Shown: positions 19,209-29,288, counted from the stretch's first letter. The stretch: 62,383 nt of DNA from an uncultured Gammaproteobacteria bacterium (GCA_964524845.1 CAZGFX010000001.1:1-62383); one strand, 5' to 3'. Program-made: numbers and translations. The notes: generated by a model not told the origin, from the letters alone.

Positions 19209-19502
19209 TTAATATTCTATCATAATTTTTTCGACTCGTGATCCACCACACTGTGTATTGATTTCTCGAATAATATCCGCCGATCTTTTCGACACCTCGG
19301 CAGACGCAGGTCCAGACACGACCGCTATTTTTAATACGCCATTATCAAATGAGACTGGGTGCATATGATCTAGAATATCCGGGCCCCAAATACTCATGCA
19401 TGCATCCTTTGCTTTTTTTACTATTGTAGCGGCGTCAATTTCTTTTTTAAAAGGAGCAAACTTGCTTCCTCTTCCAATAACATCTTTTATCTGTGTAAAC
19501 AT
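19209..19502 (-). CDS. DUF721/DciA-like small protein
   Basis: 97 aa. The pattern ...HPVSFDNGVLKIAVVSGPASAEVSKRSADIIREIN...VEKIMIEY resembles the DUF721 layout. This is a by-eye call only. Confidence 0.45.
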   Translation of the reverse strand: MFTQIKDVIGRGSKFAPFKKEIDAATIVKKAKDACMSIWGPDILDHMHPVSFDNGVLKIAVVSGPASAEVSKRSADIIREINTQCGGSRVEKIMIEY

Positions 19503-19514
19503 AATTTATTTATG

Positions 19515-20576
19515 TTATTTCTTTGCAGCAAGTTGCCCACATGCGGCATGTATCTGTTCCCCGAAACTTCTGCGCACAGTCACGGGCACGTTTTCGTGCT
19601 CTAGTGTTTTAACAAAAAGCTCAACAGCACGCTGGTCTGATGGAGCAAAAACAGATTTTTCCTCACGAGTATGTGCGTGGTATCTTATAAGATTCACATG
19701 GTACAAAGGGTTTGTCTTCATAAGTGTCGCGAGCGCGCGTGCGATCGATGGCGTGTCATTAACTCCCTTGAGTAAAACATATTCAAAAAATATTTTCTTG
19801 TTAGTTAAGTGTACAAAATCATCGCACGCGCGCATGATTTCCTTGATTGGAAAACGATCATTAACTGGCATGAGCTTCGAACGAAGTACATCATCTGGAG
19901 CGTGAAGAGAAATTGCGAGATTAACTTGTGGCAACTCCTTCGCATGACGCTTAATACCATCAATAATTCCACACGTTGATATTGAAAAATGTCTCCATCC
20001 CAAATTAAATCCTTCGGAATCGTGAAGCACTGTAATTGCTTTTTTGACAGCATCAAAATTTAACATAGGCTCACCCATTCCCATAAAAACAATGTTCGTA
20101 ATTTTTTCGTTTGTTTTTTTCAAAAAACGTGCCATATACATTACCTGTTCATATATTTCATATGATTCTAAATTTCTAGTAAATCCCATTTTTCCTGTAG
20201 CACAAAAAGAGCACTTCATCGGACATCCAATCTGAGAAGAAACACATACCGTTCTCCTACCATCATCGTGCTTTATAAGAACTGATTCAATAGCTCCGTC
20301 CTCTGTTTTAAATAATGTCTTTACAGCATCTTCCGTTTCCTCTGTTTTTATCGCGTCAATTGTTGACCATGGAAATTTTTCTTTCAGCTCTTCTCTTAGT
20401 TCTTTTGATAGTGTTGTCACATCATCCCAACTATCCCCATACTTCGAAAAATACATATCAAAAACCTGGCTTCCTCTGAATTTTGGAAGTCCTTTTTCGT
20501 CGAAAAACTTATACACAGATGATATATCCATATGACCCGATAAGTATGTCATATATAAATAAAAATGTCTAAACAT
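19515..20576 (-). CDS. rlmN: 23S rRNA/tRNA (adenine-C2)-methyltransferase RlmN (radical SAM)
   Basis: GCPMKCSFCATG radical-SAM cluster motif, GMGEPMLN, and C-terminal CGQL. The start may be an internal Met. Confidence 0.85.
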   Translation of the reverse strand: MFRHFYLYMTYLSGHMDISSVYKFFDEKGLPKFRGSQVFDMYFSKYGDSWDDVTTLSKELREELKEKFPWSTIDAIKTEETEDAVKTLFKTEDGAIESVLIKHDDGRRTVCVSSQIGCPMKCSFCATGKMGFTRNLESYEIYEQVMYMARFLKKTNEKITNIVFMGMGEPMLNFDAVKKAITVLHDSEGFNLGWRHFSISTCGIIDGIKRHAKELPQVNLAISLHAPDDVLRSKLMPVNDRFPIKEIMRACDDFVHLTNKKIFFEYVLLKGVNDTPSIARALATLMKTNPLYHVNLIRYHAHTREEKSVFAPSDQRAVELFVKTLEHENVPVTVRRSFGEQIHAACGQLAAKK

Positions 20577-20675
20577 GGCTGTTTTTAGATCCTAAGCTTG
20601 ATTTTTCTATATAAAAGTGCTATAATTAAATGAATAAAATGAATAAAATAAATAAAATAAAAAAAGGAGTTTGTC

Positions 20676-21509
20676 ATGAAAACGTTATTTTTCGCAATTT
20701 TGATAATCATTTTTTCTACGATTTTAAGTACAGAAACTTGCTACGCTCAGGGTCAGCTCGATTATGAATGTTGCTATCACGACGAAGTCGTGAAGGGTGC
20801 ATTCGCCGGCGGTATGTACAAAGCCGATGCTTATGATGAGCATAGAACCGGAGGAGGATACTTCTTCGGATACTATGATAAAAATCATAAGCAGTTTCGT
20901 GCAGATGTTCTCGCAACACTCGATGCGTATCCGAATAACAGAGACGAATTCCGAAACCATTCTGTTGCACAGATGACGGCACGATATGCTTCAGAAGAAA
21001 CTCTTGAGCAAGAAAATGATTGGACGATACCGAAATGGATTTTGTATCGAACGACAGTGATCGCACGCGCAACATATGGCTCGTATGAGAGGAGTGTTGC
21101 CGGAGGCATTGGCTTATCGTTTGAGAACAAAAAGGGTGGAATGTTATCGCTCGCTCAAACGTGGGGACGAGGAATCGGATCAAACTCGTCGCTAAGATAT
21201 CCAAAAGATGCTTTCGCAGGATTTAATCTGCGATACATCATGGATCGCTTCGGAGCAGAAGTGGAATTTAATCGCTTCATAAGTTCCGAAAACGGTGGAC
21301 ACGCGAGACAGGCATACGTCAGAATTCATTATCTGACAGTGCTAGTCGACCGTCCGATTCATATCTGGCTTTCGACGGATTACTTCAATCCGTCCGAATC
21401 GACAAACCCGATAACAGGACAAAGAAGCATACAGGGGAACAAGTACAACCATCCCCTCTTCCAAGCCGGTGTCGGAATCGGGCTATGGAGCGTTGATTTC
21501 GTGGAATAA
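20676..21509 (+). CDS. Secreted hypothetical protein (signal peptide; Gly/Tyr/Arg-rich, beta-rich appearance)
   Basis: AAGGAG lies upstream of the ATG. The N-terminus MKTLFFAILIIIFSTILSTETCYAQG looks like a signal peptide. The body is visibly GC-richer than its neighbours. A terminator hairpin follows. Confidence 0.7.
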   Translation: MKTLFFAILIIIFSTILSTETCYAQGQLDYECCYHDEVVKGAFAGGMYKADAYDEHRTGGGYFFGYYDKNHKQFRADVLATLDAYPNNRDEFRNHSVAQMTARYASEETLEQENDWTIPKWILYRTTVIARATYGSYERSVAGGIGLSFENKKGGMLSLAQTWGRGIGSNSSLRYPKDAFAGFNLRYIMDRFGAEVEFNRFISSENGGHARQAYVRIHYLTVLVDRPIHIWLSTDYFNPSESTNPITGQRSIQGNKYNHPLFQAGVGIGLWSVDFVE

Positions 21510-21562
21510 CGCTTTATAAAAAAGAAAACAAAAAATCATCAGCTAATATGTTGATGATTTTT

Positions 21563-22672
21563 TTATTCTTCAGTATCAAGTGGCTTATCAATTTGGAGCA
21601 GGTCTACGTTTCCACCAGCCTCTCCGTCAGAAAGTTTATAAATATCCTTATCCACCTTCCCAAACTCCTTATACGCCGTATTGTATGTATTCACAGCGGT
21701 TCCGAGATGGCCACCAAGTTTCTGCATATATCCCTCGTAAGTCACAAGGTGTTTATTGAGCTCTTGAACGCGTTTAAGAATAATATGAACATCCTTCTCC
21801 ATTTGGAGTGATCGAAGTCCATGAATAACAGTTTGTAAATATGCGAAAAATGATGTTGGCGATACTATAATCACACGTTTCTTAAAAGCATACTCTATTA
21901 AATCCTGCGAACTCACATCTGCTGTGCCAACCTTGTACATAAGCAGATTATAATATACTCCTTCGGCCGGAATAAACATAAATGCAAAATCAAGAGTGTT
22001 CTCTCCCGGACGAATATACTTACTTGTCTCATCGATGCGCATCTTCACATCTTTTTTAAACTCTTTTGCAAGATTCTCTCGTTGTTCTTTGTGTTCTTCC
22101 ATCTGCATGAGATTGTATTTCTCTAGAGAGAATTTCGCGTCAATTGGAATAACCTTATTATCAATAAACACAACGCAATCTACAATTTCTCCGTCTGAAA
22201 ACTTGTACTGCATCTGATACTGCGTAGGAGTAAGCACATTTGCTAAAATAAGTTCGAGTGATATTTCTCCAAGCACACCTCGCTGTTTCGGGTTTTTCAG
22301 AACATTTTCAAGACTTTGAAGTTGTTTTGAAAAATCAAGCACTTGCTTGTTCGTCTCGTCGAGCTTTCCAAGTCTATCTGTAACATCTTTGATAATAGTC
22401 GCGCTCTGCACGAACTGTTTCTGCACAGAATCAGATGAGTGTTGAAGACCTTTCTGGACCTGCTCTGATATACGATCAAGTCTGTCCTGAAGCTCCTGAC
22501 GCGACTTGCCTGTCTGATCTGTTATCTCGTGACGAAGAGAATCAATCATAGCGAGAAGAATTTTGTGTGTTTCTGATCCTCCTGAATCTTTTTGTTTAAT
22601 AACAAAAAAGACGGCTCCTACAATAACAACGAGCACAAGTATTACAACGGCTATGATTAAAGCAATTTCCAT
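21563..22672 (-). CDS. rmuC: DNA recombination protein RmuC
   Basis: N-terminal TM helix, long coiled coil, and a C-terminal nuclease-like core (DFAFMFIPAEGVYY, VIIVSPTSFFAYL). Confidence 0.85.
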   Translation of the reverse strand: MEIALIIAVVILVLVVIVGAVFFVIKQKDSGGSETHKILLAMIDSLRHEITDQTGKSRQELQDRLDRISEQVQKGLQHSSDSVQKQFVQSATIIKDVTDRLGKLDETNKQVLDFSKQLQSLENVLKNPKQRGVLGEISLELILANVLTPTQYQMQYKFSDGEIVDCVVFIDNKVIPIDAKFSLEKYNLMQMEEHKEQRENLAKEFKKDVKMRIDETSKYIRPGENTLDFAFMFIPAEGVYYNLLMYKVGTADVSSQDLIEYAFKKRVIIVSPTSFFAYLQTVIHGLRSLQMEKDVHIILKRVQELNKHLVTYEGYMQKLGGHLGTAVNTYNTAYKEFGKVDKDIYKLSDGEAGGNVDLLQIDKPLDTEE

Positions 22673-22849
22673 GCGAGTAGTATAGCAGTTTTTTTATCCG
22701 TGTGCCATGAGGAAAAACTGGCAAAAAAAGACTACTTTAAAACATTTCTACACAATTAAGTTTGACAAATACAAATACAAGTGTTATCATTCTTAGATAA
22801 AAAACAACAACCAACAAACTAAAACAGCTTTTGGCTGGAAGGAGAAAAA

Positions 22850-23206
22850 ATGAATTTATTAGATTTATTAACAAATCCTTTTGTTATAACCATTTTTTAT
22901 GCGTACTTTATCATTATAATTATTTTCTCTTTCAGAAAGACGTATAAAAATAGAATAACGAAAGACCAAAAAAAGTACGATCTGAAAAGCCCGCTCTATT
23001 ACGAACTTGTTTTTATAGGAGCGTCTTTATTGATTGTTATTGGAATTCTTTTTCTTTCTCTTATTAACGAATCTTTATGGAATTTAATTTTGGTAAAATT
23101 TGTTGAAATAAGAGAAATAACTTTTTTTGAGGCATTTAATATAACAATTATTATTTCCTCGATAATTCCTATCTTCAGATTTATTAAAAAATTCTTTAAG
23201 AAATAA
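22850..23206 (+). CDS. Hypothetical small membrane protein
   Basis: GGAGAA lies upstream of the ATG. There are three hydrophobic helices and a strong terminator follows. Confidence 0.5.
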   Translation: MNLLDLLTNPFVITIFYAYFIIIIIFSFRKTYKNRITKDQKKYDLKSPLYYELVFIGASLLIVIGILFLSLINESLWNLILVKFVEIREITFFEAFNITIIISSIIPIFRFIKKFFKK

Positions 23207-23211
23207 AAGCT

Positions 23212-23245
23212 ATCTCGTCTCATTATTTATGAGACGAGATTTTTA
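23212..23245 (+). terminator. Rho-independent terminator
   Basis: 11-bp stem ATCTCGTCTCA/TGAGACGAGAT followed by TTTT. Confidence 0.65.
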
Positions 23246-23295
23246 TTATAAAAAACCGCCTCGTGTAAGAAGCGGTTAAGATTCGAATTAATTTC

Positions 23296-24132
23296 TTATT
23301 TTTTATTGAGAGAAGTTAGTGTTCTTTCGAATTTATCACTAGCCTCCTTCCCTTTTACTCTTTCTAATTCCGAAATTATTTTTTTCTTGAATATCTTCAT
23401 ATTCGAATATTTGCTAGAAATTCTGGCAATAAGATCCTCTGGAAAATATTTAACGAGCGCTGATTCGTTTCTTATCGTATAATAATAATCACACATCATA
23501 TATCTAATATCAGGATCTGGGTCATTCACGAAACGCTCACGCATTTTTTCAGAGATTTTTGACACAATATCCATTTTCTCATCATAGTTTATTAAATCTC
23601 TTTCTGAACCCATGTTATATGATAAAAGTAGATTTTTTACACTTTTTTCGTCTTTATATAAGTCTGGGAATTCTTGAAGAAGAGCTCTGATAAACTCCTT
23701 ATCATACAAAATATTTATATCTTGATGAATTGGCATTTTGTATTCCAAAAGCTTTGTCACAGGATCTCGCCAAGGATTCCACGCATTAAGAATTTCTATA
23801 ACATCAGACGCAGTTGCATCAGGTAATAATTTACATATTCCTCGAATAGGATTTTTCGTGTCTGGAATTTCGATCATCCCAATCATTATTTTGGATTTGG
23901 TTACAAGTGTATCAATAAATATACCAATTGTGTCTGCTTGTGCTTCTCTGTCTATGTTTCTTAAACTAAAATTTGGAATATCATCTTGTGTTTTTTTTGA
24001 ATTTGACGGAGATTTTTCGTTTTTTTCCGATGATCTCTTTGTAACATCATGAATGACTCCTGCTAAAAAAACAACTGTGAAACCAATCAGCACAAACCAC
24101 ACAAATCTCGAGACTTTTTTTCTTAATCTCAT
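23296..24132 (-). CDS. Hypothetical protein with an N-terminal TM anchor
   Basis: 278-aa ORF. FVWFVLIGFTVVFLAGVI forms the anchor. No motif recognised. Confidence 0.55.
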   Translation of the reverse strand: MRLRKKVSRFVWFVLIGFTVVFLAGVIHDVTKRSSEKNEKSPSNSKKTQDDIPNFSLRNIDREAQADTIGIFIDTLVTKSKIMIGMIEIPDTKNPIRGICKLLPDATASDVIEILNAWNPWRDPVTKLLEYKMPIHQDINILYDKEFIRALLQEFPDLYKDEKSVKNLLLSYNMGSERDLINYDEKMDIVSKISEKMRERFVNDPDPDIRYMMCDYYYTIRNESALVKYFPEDLIARISSKYSNMKIFKKKIISELERVKGKEASDKFERTLTSLNKK

Positions 24133-24249
24133 AAAAAACTCCTGTTTTTTGTTTAAAACAATTTTTTATATTAATTTTTTAATTTTGTTTTATCAAAAAA
24201 GCTTAACAATAATATATATGTTTGTCAAATATCGTCTTTTTTATAAAGG

Positions 24250-25353
24250 TTATAATCCTTCTTCTTTCAATTTCTCCATCAAAACCTTCTGTTCTTTAGA
24301 GAGTTTTTGAGGAGTTTCAATAACCACTCTCACGAGATGATTCCCTCTGCCGCCACGACGAAGATGATGAATTCCCTTCCCTTTAAGTACAAACACCTGT
24401 CCTGATGCTGTGCCAGCCGGTATCTTTAAATCAACTTTTCCGTCAAGTGTTTGTATTTCTTTTTTTCCTCCGAGCACCGCGATTGAAAAATGAATTAATT
24501 CTTCTGAAACAACGTCATAGCCATCTCTTTTAAAATGCTTATCCGGATTAACACGGATATGCACATAAAGATCTCCCGCGGGCGCGCCATGCGCGCCCGC
24601 CTCTCCCTGTCCTGATAAACGAAGGGTCTCTCCATTGTCAATTCCTGCTGGAACAGAAATTTTTATAGTTGATTTCTTTTTCTCTGTTCCTTTACCATCA
24701 CACTCATTGCATTTTTTATCATATAATTTTCCTGTTCCATGACACGTATGACACTCCGAGACTGTTCGCATGCCTCCTAGAATAGTATTACGTACATGCT
24801 CTGTGCGCCCCTTTCCTCCGCAATGATCACACGTATGCATTGTTGATCCTGGTTCTGCTCCTGTTCCGTGACACTTCGAGCATTCGGAAAGTCGATTAAG
24901 AGATATATCTCGATCCACACCAAACGCCGCTTCTGAAAAATCAATATCAAGTTCTATCTCCAAATCCCTTCCTTTTCTGTTTCTTTTTGATTGTTGTTCT
25001 GGTCCAAAACCTCCTCCAAACATACTTGAAAATACATCTTCAAACCCAAAATTAACGTTATCAAAATTTATATTAAAGCCGCCGGCATTAAAACCTCCTC
25101 CCTGAGCAAAATCCTGCCAATTAAAACCAGCTCCACTCGCTCCATCAAAAGTGGTTCCAAATTGATCATATTGTTTGCGTTTTTCCTCATCACCAAGCAC
25201 CTGGTATGCTTCGTTTATCTCTTTAAATTTCTCCGCATCACCTCCTTTTTTATCAGGATGATATTGGTGAGCGAGTTTATAAAAAGCTTTCTTTAGCTCG
25301 TCTTTTGTAGCTGTTTTCTCAACGCCTAATATACTATAATAATCTTTTGCCAT
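24250..25353 (-). CDS. dnaJ: Molecular chaperone DnaJ
   Basis: J domain with YHPDK, a G/F-rich linker, and four CxxCxG zinc repeats. Confidence 0.95.
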   Translation of the reverse strand: MAKDYYSILGVEKTATKDELKKAFYKLAHQYHPDKKGGDAEKFKEINEAYQVLGDEEKRKQYDQFGTTFDGASGAGFNWQDFAQGGGFNAGGFNINFDNVNFGFEDVFSSMFGGGFGPEQQSKRNRKGRDLEIELDIDFSEAAFGVDRDISLNRLSECSKCHGTGAEPGSTMHTCDHCGGKGRTEHVRNTILGGMRTVSECHTCHGTGKLYDKKCNECDGKGTEKKKSTIKISVPAGIDNGETLRLSGQGEAGAHGAPAGDLYVHIRVNPDKHFKRDGYDVVSEELIHFSIAVLGGKKEIQTLDGKVDLKIPAGTASGQVFVLKGKGIHHLRRGGRGNHLVRVVIETPQKLSKEQKVLMEKLKEEGL

Positions 25354-25365
25354 ACAATCTATAAA

Positions 25366-26046
25366 TTATGACCAAGGCCCTCGTTTCCATACAATTCCAT
25401 CGGAACGAAGCATACACACACACGAATCTCCTCCTGTTTCCGTACGATGCGGAATTACAGAAGCAATATCAATCGTGGTTTGTATACACGTATGTGCGAA
25501 TCGTACAGCATCAATAGCGCTCATTGTTTGAAAATTAATCGGAAGAGTTTGTTTCGTCCCATTAATATCAAGCGGGAGCATTAAGCGCGTAATAATTTCA
25601 CCATCTCCGCTCCATGTCATCGCATACTGTTCCTTGTTCTCTGAATTATGAATACGAGCTAGTGTGTGTTCTCCAGCGATGCCTTTAAAAATGATTTGGT
25701 AACAATGTTGTAAACCACCTCGATAAGAACACACATAGAGAATTAGACGAGTCAATGGATACTTTTCGCCAATGTCTTTGGCGATCACATGCGCGATTGA
25801 TTCTACAGAATCAATCGCGCAGTGTTTTTCCAAAAGCTCACGAAGCACTTGAGCTGTCGGAGTACCTCCTAACACATCATCAATAACATATGAGATTACA
25901 ATATCTCCGTGTATTATAATGCGTTCCGCTCCATCTGAATATGCTGGAGTTCCAGAAACATTTTGTTGTTCTACTGTAAATCTAGCTCTGCTGTCAGAGG
26001 CCATTATGATCGCATGAGGAGCTGTAATGACAAGACTTACACCCAT
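25366..26046 (-). CDS. Proteasome-beta/HslV-like (Ntn-hydrolase fold) protein, possibly non-catalytic
   Basis: By eye, SLVITAPHAIIMASDSRA aligns to the proteasome beta N-terminus (TTIVGV..GVVLGADTRAT). ERIIIH aligns to EKIHYI, and ETGGDSCVCMLRSDGI to the C-terminal SGG...dG pattern. The positions matching Thr1 and Lys33 appear to be Gly and Arg. Confidence 0.4.
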   Translation of the reverse strand: MGVSLVITAPHAIIMASDSRARFTVEQQNVSGTPAYSDGAERIIIHGDIVISYVIDDVLGGTPTAQVLRELLEKHCAIDSVESIAHVIAKDIGEKYPLTRLILYVCSYRGGLQHCYQIIFKGIAGEHTLARIHNSENKEQYAMTWSGDGEIITRLMLPLDINGTKQTLPINFQTMSAIDAVRFAHTCIQTTIDIASVIPHRTETGGDSCVCMLRSDGIVWKRGPWS

Positions 26047-26055
26047 ATAATATTT

Positions 26056-27966
26056 TTATTTTTTCTCTTCGAACTCAGCGTCAACTGTTTTATTTTCATT
26101 CGTCGTTGATGTATTCTGTGCTCCTTCGTCGACTTTTTCTCCACCTGTTGTTGGTTGTTCTGTTTGTGCATTTTTATACAATGCTTCTCCTAATTTCATA
26201 ATTGTATCAGAGAGATCTTTGAGCGCGGCTCTAACTTTTGCAAGATCAGCATCGTCTTTTACTGCTTTGAGCGCATCTAATTTTGTTTGAATCTGTTCTA
26301 TTAGCGTCTTGTCCGCTTTATCTTTGTGTTCGGTAATTGTTTTTTCTGTCTGAAATATAACTCCTTCAACCTCATTGTGTAGATCAACTGCTTCGCGTTT
26401 CGCTTTATCAGCAACAGCGTTTTCTTCCGCCTCTCGTTTCATCTTTTCAACTTCTTCTTTTGAAAGTCCCGATGATGCTGTTATTGTTATTTTTTGTTCT
26501 TTTTGTGTTGCTTTGTCTTTTGCTGTCACGTGTAAAATACCATTTGCGTCTATATCAAATTTTACCTCTACCTGAGGAACTCCTCGTGGCGCTGGTGGAA
26601 TACCTTCCAAAATAAACTTGCCTAAGGTCTTATTATCAGCCGCCATCTCACGTTCTCCTTGTAATATGTGAATCTCTACCGATGTTTGATTATCAGCAGC
26701 TGTCGAAAATACCTGACTTTTTGATGTTGGAATTGTCGTATTACGCTCTATAAGCCTGGTAAAAACACTGCCTAATGTTTCAATACCAAGAGAAAGAGGT
26801 GTAACATCTAGAAGTAGTACGTCGTGTACATCTCCTTGAAGTACGCCAGCTTGTACAGCAGCCCCAGTTGCCACCACTTCGTCTGGATTTACTGATATGT
26901 TTGGTTTCTTTCCAAAAAATTCTTCTACTTTTCTTTGAACAAGTGGCATACGTGTCATACCACCAACAAGCACAACCTCATCGATATCTGCTTTTGATAT
27001 TCCTGAATCCTCTATTGCCTTTTTACAAGGGCCCATAGTCTTGTCCACTAAGTGTGCTATAAGCTCTTCGAGTTTTGCTCGAGTCAGTGTCAACACCAAG
27101 TGTTTTGGTCCTGTATCATCACTTGTAATAAAAGGCTGGTTGATATCAGTTTGAGGTGTGGATGAAAGTTCTATTTTTGCTTTTTCAGCGGCATCTTTAA
27201 TACGTTGAAGCGCTAGAACATCTTTTGAAAGATCGATTCCTGTCTCTGCCTTAAATGATGATACTATCCAATCAATAATTACATGATCAAAATCATCTCC
27301 TCCGAGATGCGTATCTCCATTTGTTGATTTAACTTCAACAGTATTATTTGAAACTTCGAGTATTGAAACATCAAATGTTCCTCCGCCAAGATCATACACT
27401 ACTATTTTCGCATCTTTTTTCTTATCAAATCCATAAGCAAGCGCTGCGGCTGTTGGTTCGTTAATAATACGCTTTACATCAAGACCCGCTATCTTACCAG
27501 CATCTTTCGTCGCTTGACGCTGAGAATCATCAAAATAAGCAGGCACTGTAATTATTACCTCAGTAACTGGAGATCCGAGCCTAGCTTCGGCATCTGCTTT
27601 TACTTTTTGTAATATCATAGCTGAAACTTCCTGTGGAGTATATTCCTTATCTCCCATTTTTACCTTTACACCATCTCCTGATTTTACAATTTCAAAAGGA
27701 GAATTTTTTATATCTTGTTGAATCATCGGATCTTCCCATCTTCGTCCGATAAGACGCTTAATGGAAAAAAGTGTGTTTTTTGGATTCGTGACAGCCTGAC
27801 GTTTTGCTGATAATCCTACAAGTCTTTCTCCTGATTTCGAAATAGAAACCATTGAAGGAGTAGTTCTTTGTCCTTCCGAGTTCTCCAAAATTTTTGGTTG
27901 GCCTCCTTCCATCACCGCAAACGCGGTATTGGTAGTACCAAGATCAATTCCTATAATTTTACCCAT
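26056..27966 (-). CDS. dnaK: Molecular chaperone DnaK (Hsp70)
   Basis: Begins [18 protein letters not shown] at 27966. The ORF-track extension to 28020 is a hydrophobic artefact. [10 protein letters not shown] and the EEVD-less acidic tail are typical. Confidence 0.95.
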   Translation of the reverse strand: MGKIIGIDLGTTNTAFAVMEGGQPKILENSEGQRTTPSMVSISKSGERLVGLSAKRQAVTNPKNTLFSIKRLIGRRWEDPMIQQDIKNSPFEIVKSGDGVKVKMGDKEYTPQEVSAMILQKVKADAEARLGSPVTEVIITVPAYFDDSQRQATKDAGKIAGLDVKRIINEPTAAALAYGFDKKKDAKIVVYDLGGGTFDVSILEVSNNTVEVKSTNGDTHLGGDDFDHVIIDWIVSSFKAETGIDLSKDVLALQRIKDAAEKAKIELSSTPQTDINQPFITSDDTGPKHLVLTLTRAKLEELIAHLVDKTMGPCKKAIEDSGISKADIDEVVLVGGMTRMPLVQRKVEEFFGKKPNISVNPDEVVATGAAVQAGVLQGDVHDVLLLDVTPLSLGIETLGSVFTRLIERNTTIPTSKSQVFSTAADNQTSVEIHILQGEREMAADNKTLGKFILEGIPPAPRGVPQVEVKFDIDANGILHVTAKDKATQKEQKITITASSGLSKEEVEKMKREAEENAVADKAKREAVDLHNEVEGVIFQTEKTITEHKDKADKTLIEQIQTKLDALKAVKDDADLAKVRAALKDLSDTIMKLGEALYKNAQTEQPTTGGEKVDEGAQNTSTTNENKTVDAEFEEKK

Positions 27967-28312
27967 ATATTTTCTGTAATAACAAATGATTATGTGAATT
28001 ATTAAAGTAGTTAACAACATCTATCACATCGTTTGAGGATATGCCTCGATCACCCATCTTATTCGAAATATCGTGGTATATCTTCAAAACCTCTTCAAAC
28101 GAAAGATCAGTGATAACTGCATTTCCAACTATTCCACCACCAAAAAAATCTATTCGTGCAAAAAGTCGTGCATTACATGTCTTACACGAAAGATACGCGC
28201 ACAAACGAGCTGATTCCTGTGAAACAAGTTGTACATTAAAACTCTGCTGTGCGTTACACACAGGACATACATCAATTATTTTCTCGCTCATACGTCGCGG
28301 ATCAAGATTCAT
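27959..28312 (-). CDS. Hypothetical zinc-ribbon protein (117 aa) inside the heat-shock operon
   Basis: CPVCNAQ ... CKTCNA. The stop overlaps the dnaK start by 8 nt, and the gene follows hsp20 by 5 nt. Confidence 0.5.
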   Translation of the reverse strand: MNLDPRRMSEKIIDVCPVCNAQQSFNVQLVSQESARLCAYLSCKTCNARLFARIDFFGGGIVGNAVITDLSFEEVLKIYHDISNKMGDRGISSNDVIDVVNYFNNSHNHLLLQKIYG

Positions 28313-28317
28313 ATATT

Positions 28318-28662
28318 TTATTTTTTTATTTCTATTCGTACAATGCCATTTTTAACATTTGGGGCACTGATACGTCCTGTAATATATATTTCAGGAATTG
28401 AAACCTCTCTTTCGAAATAACCGTTTTTCACTTCCTTTCGATAATAATATTCATCATCTATTTCAGTTTCTTTTTTTATTTTTCCAGAAATAACTAGATT
28501 TCCATCACGAATCACAACAGTAATATCGTTCTGATTAACTCCTGGTAGCGCTGCATCAACAGTCAGTGTTTCGTCGTGTTCGTACATATCAATGGCCGGG
28601 AAATTTTTTCGTATAATTAACGCGCCAATTCTAGAAAACAATCCTAAGCTTTTTTCAAACAT
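28318..28662 (-). CDS. Small heat-shock protein (Hsp20/alpha-crystallin family)
   Basis: Alpha-crystallin-like core: DMYEHDETLTVDAALPGVNQNDITVVIRDGNLVISG...FEREVSIP...NGIVRIEI. Confidence 0.8.
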   Translation of the reverse strand: MFEKSLGLFSRIGALIIRKNFPAIDMYEHDETLTVDAALPGVNQNDITVVIRDGNLVISGKIKKETEIDDEYYYRKEVKNGYFEREVSIPEIYITGRISAPNVKNGIVRIEIKK

Positions 28663-28667
28663 ATGTA

Positions 28668-29288
28668 TTATTTATTCTCGGTTGTTTTATCAGAAACAAT
28701 TGTGTCAGATATATTAAATGATGGTTCTTTTTCTTCTTTTTCAACATAAACTACAACTCCTGCTGGACGTACAATCATATCTCCAAGTACATATCCGTCA
28801 CGCAGAACACGAGCTATCGTATGGTGTTTTTTCGGATCATTACTTATTTCAGTATTTAATGCTTCATGTTTCGTATAATCTAAAGTGTCGCCTACATTTG
28901 GCCTAAACAATACGACTCCATAACTACGAACAAGATCCTCAAGTTGTTGTTTAATATAGCCTATTCCGACAATACTCGGTTGTTTTTTTTCATCTTCTGA
29001 AAGATGATTCCATGCCGATGACCAATTATCCAGTATTGGGAGCAAATCACCGATTATATCTGCTTTAAGCATAAGCGCGACATCTGATCTGTTTTTTTCG
29101 ACTTCTTTGCGAAAATTATCATAATCAGCCTTCATACGAAGCGACACGTCTTTATAGCGTTCAAGTTCTTCTGTGATTTTTTTAACATTACTAGAAGCAC
29201 AAGAACATTCTTTGTGAGATAAAATATCGTCTACGCCTTTTTGGTTATTCACTCCTTGACCATGGTCTTTGTGTAACGAATGTGACAT
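28668..29288 (-). CDS. grpE: Nucleotide exchange factor GrpE
   Basis: Coiled-coil region then RMKADYDNFRKE...LLPILDN...HEAL...V.RDGYVLGDMIVRPAGV. Follows hrcA. Confidence 0.9.
   Translation of the reverse strand: MSHSLHKDHGQGVNNQKGVDDILSHKECSCASSNVKKITEELERYKDVSLRMKADYDNFRKEVEKNRSDVALMLKADIIGDLLPILDNWSSAWNHLSEDEKKQPSIVGIGYIKQQLEDLVRSYGVVLFRPNVGDTLDYTKHEALNTEISNDPKKHHTIARVLRDGYVLGDMIVRPAGVVVYVEKEEKEPSFNISDTIVSDKTTENK

Noticed and set aside
20630-20675. Tandem AATGAATAAA / ATAAATAAAA repeats upstream of the 20676 gene
   Set aside because: This is A-rich low-complexity spacer directly preceding the ribosome-binding site. It has no higher-order structure.
27967-28020. N-terminal extensions proposed by the ORF track (dnaK to 28020, tsf to 58957, rpmE from 59917, BNR protein to 52382, 49663, 5162, REC gene from 13968)
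   Set aside because: Internal Met codons reproduce the canonical N-termini ([33 protein letters not shown], and a signal peptide with lipobox). They also remove overlaps with neighbouring genes.
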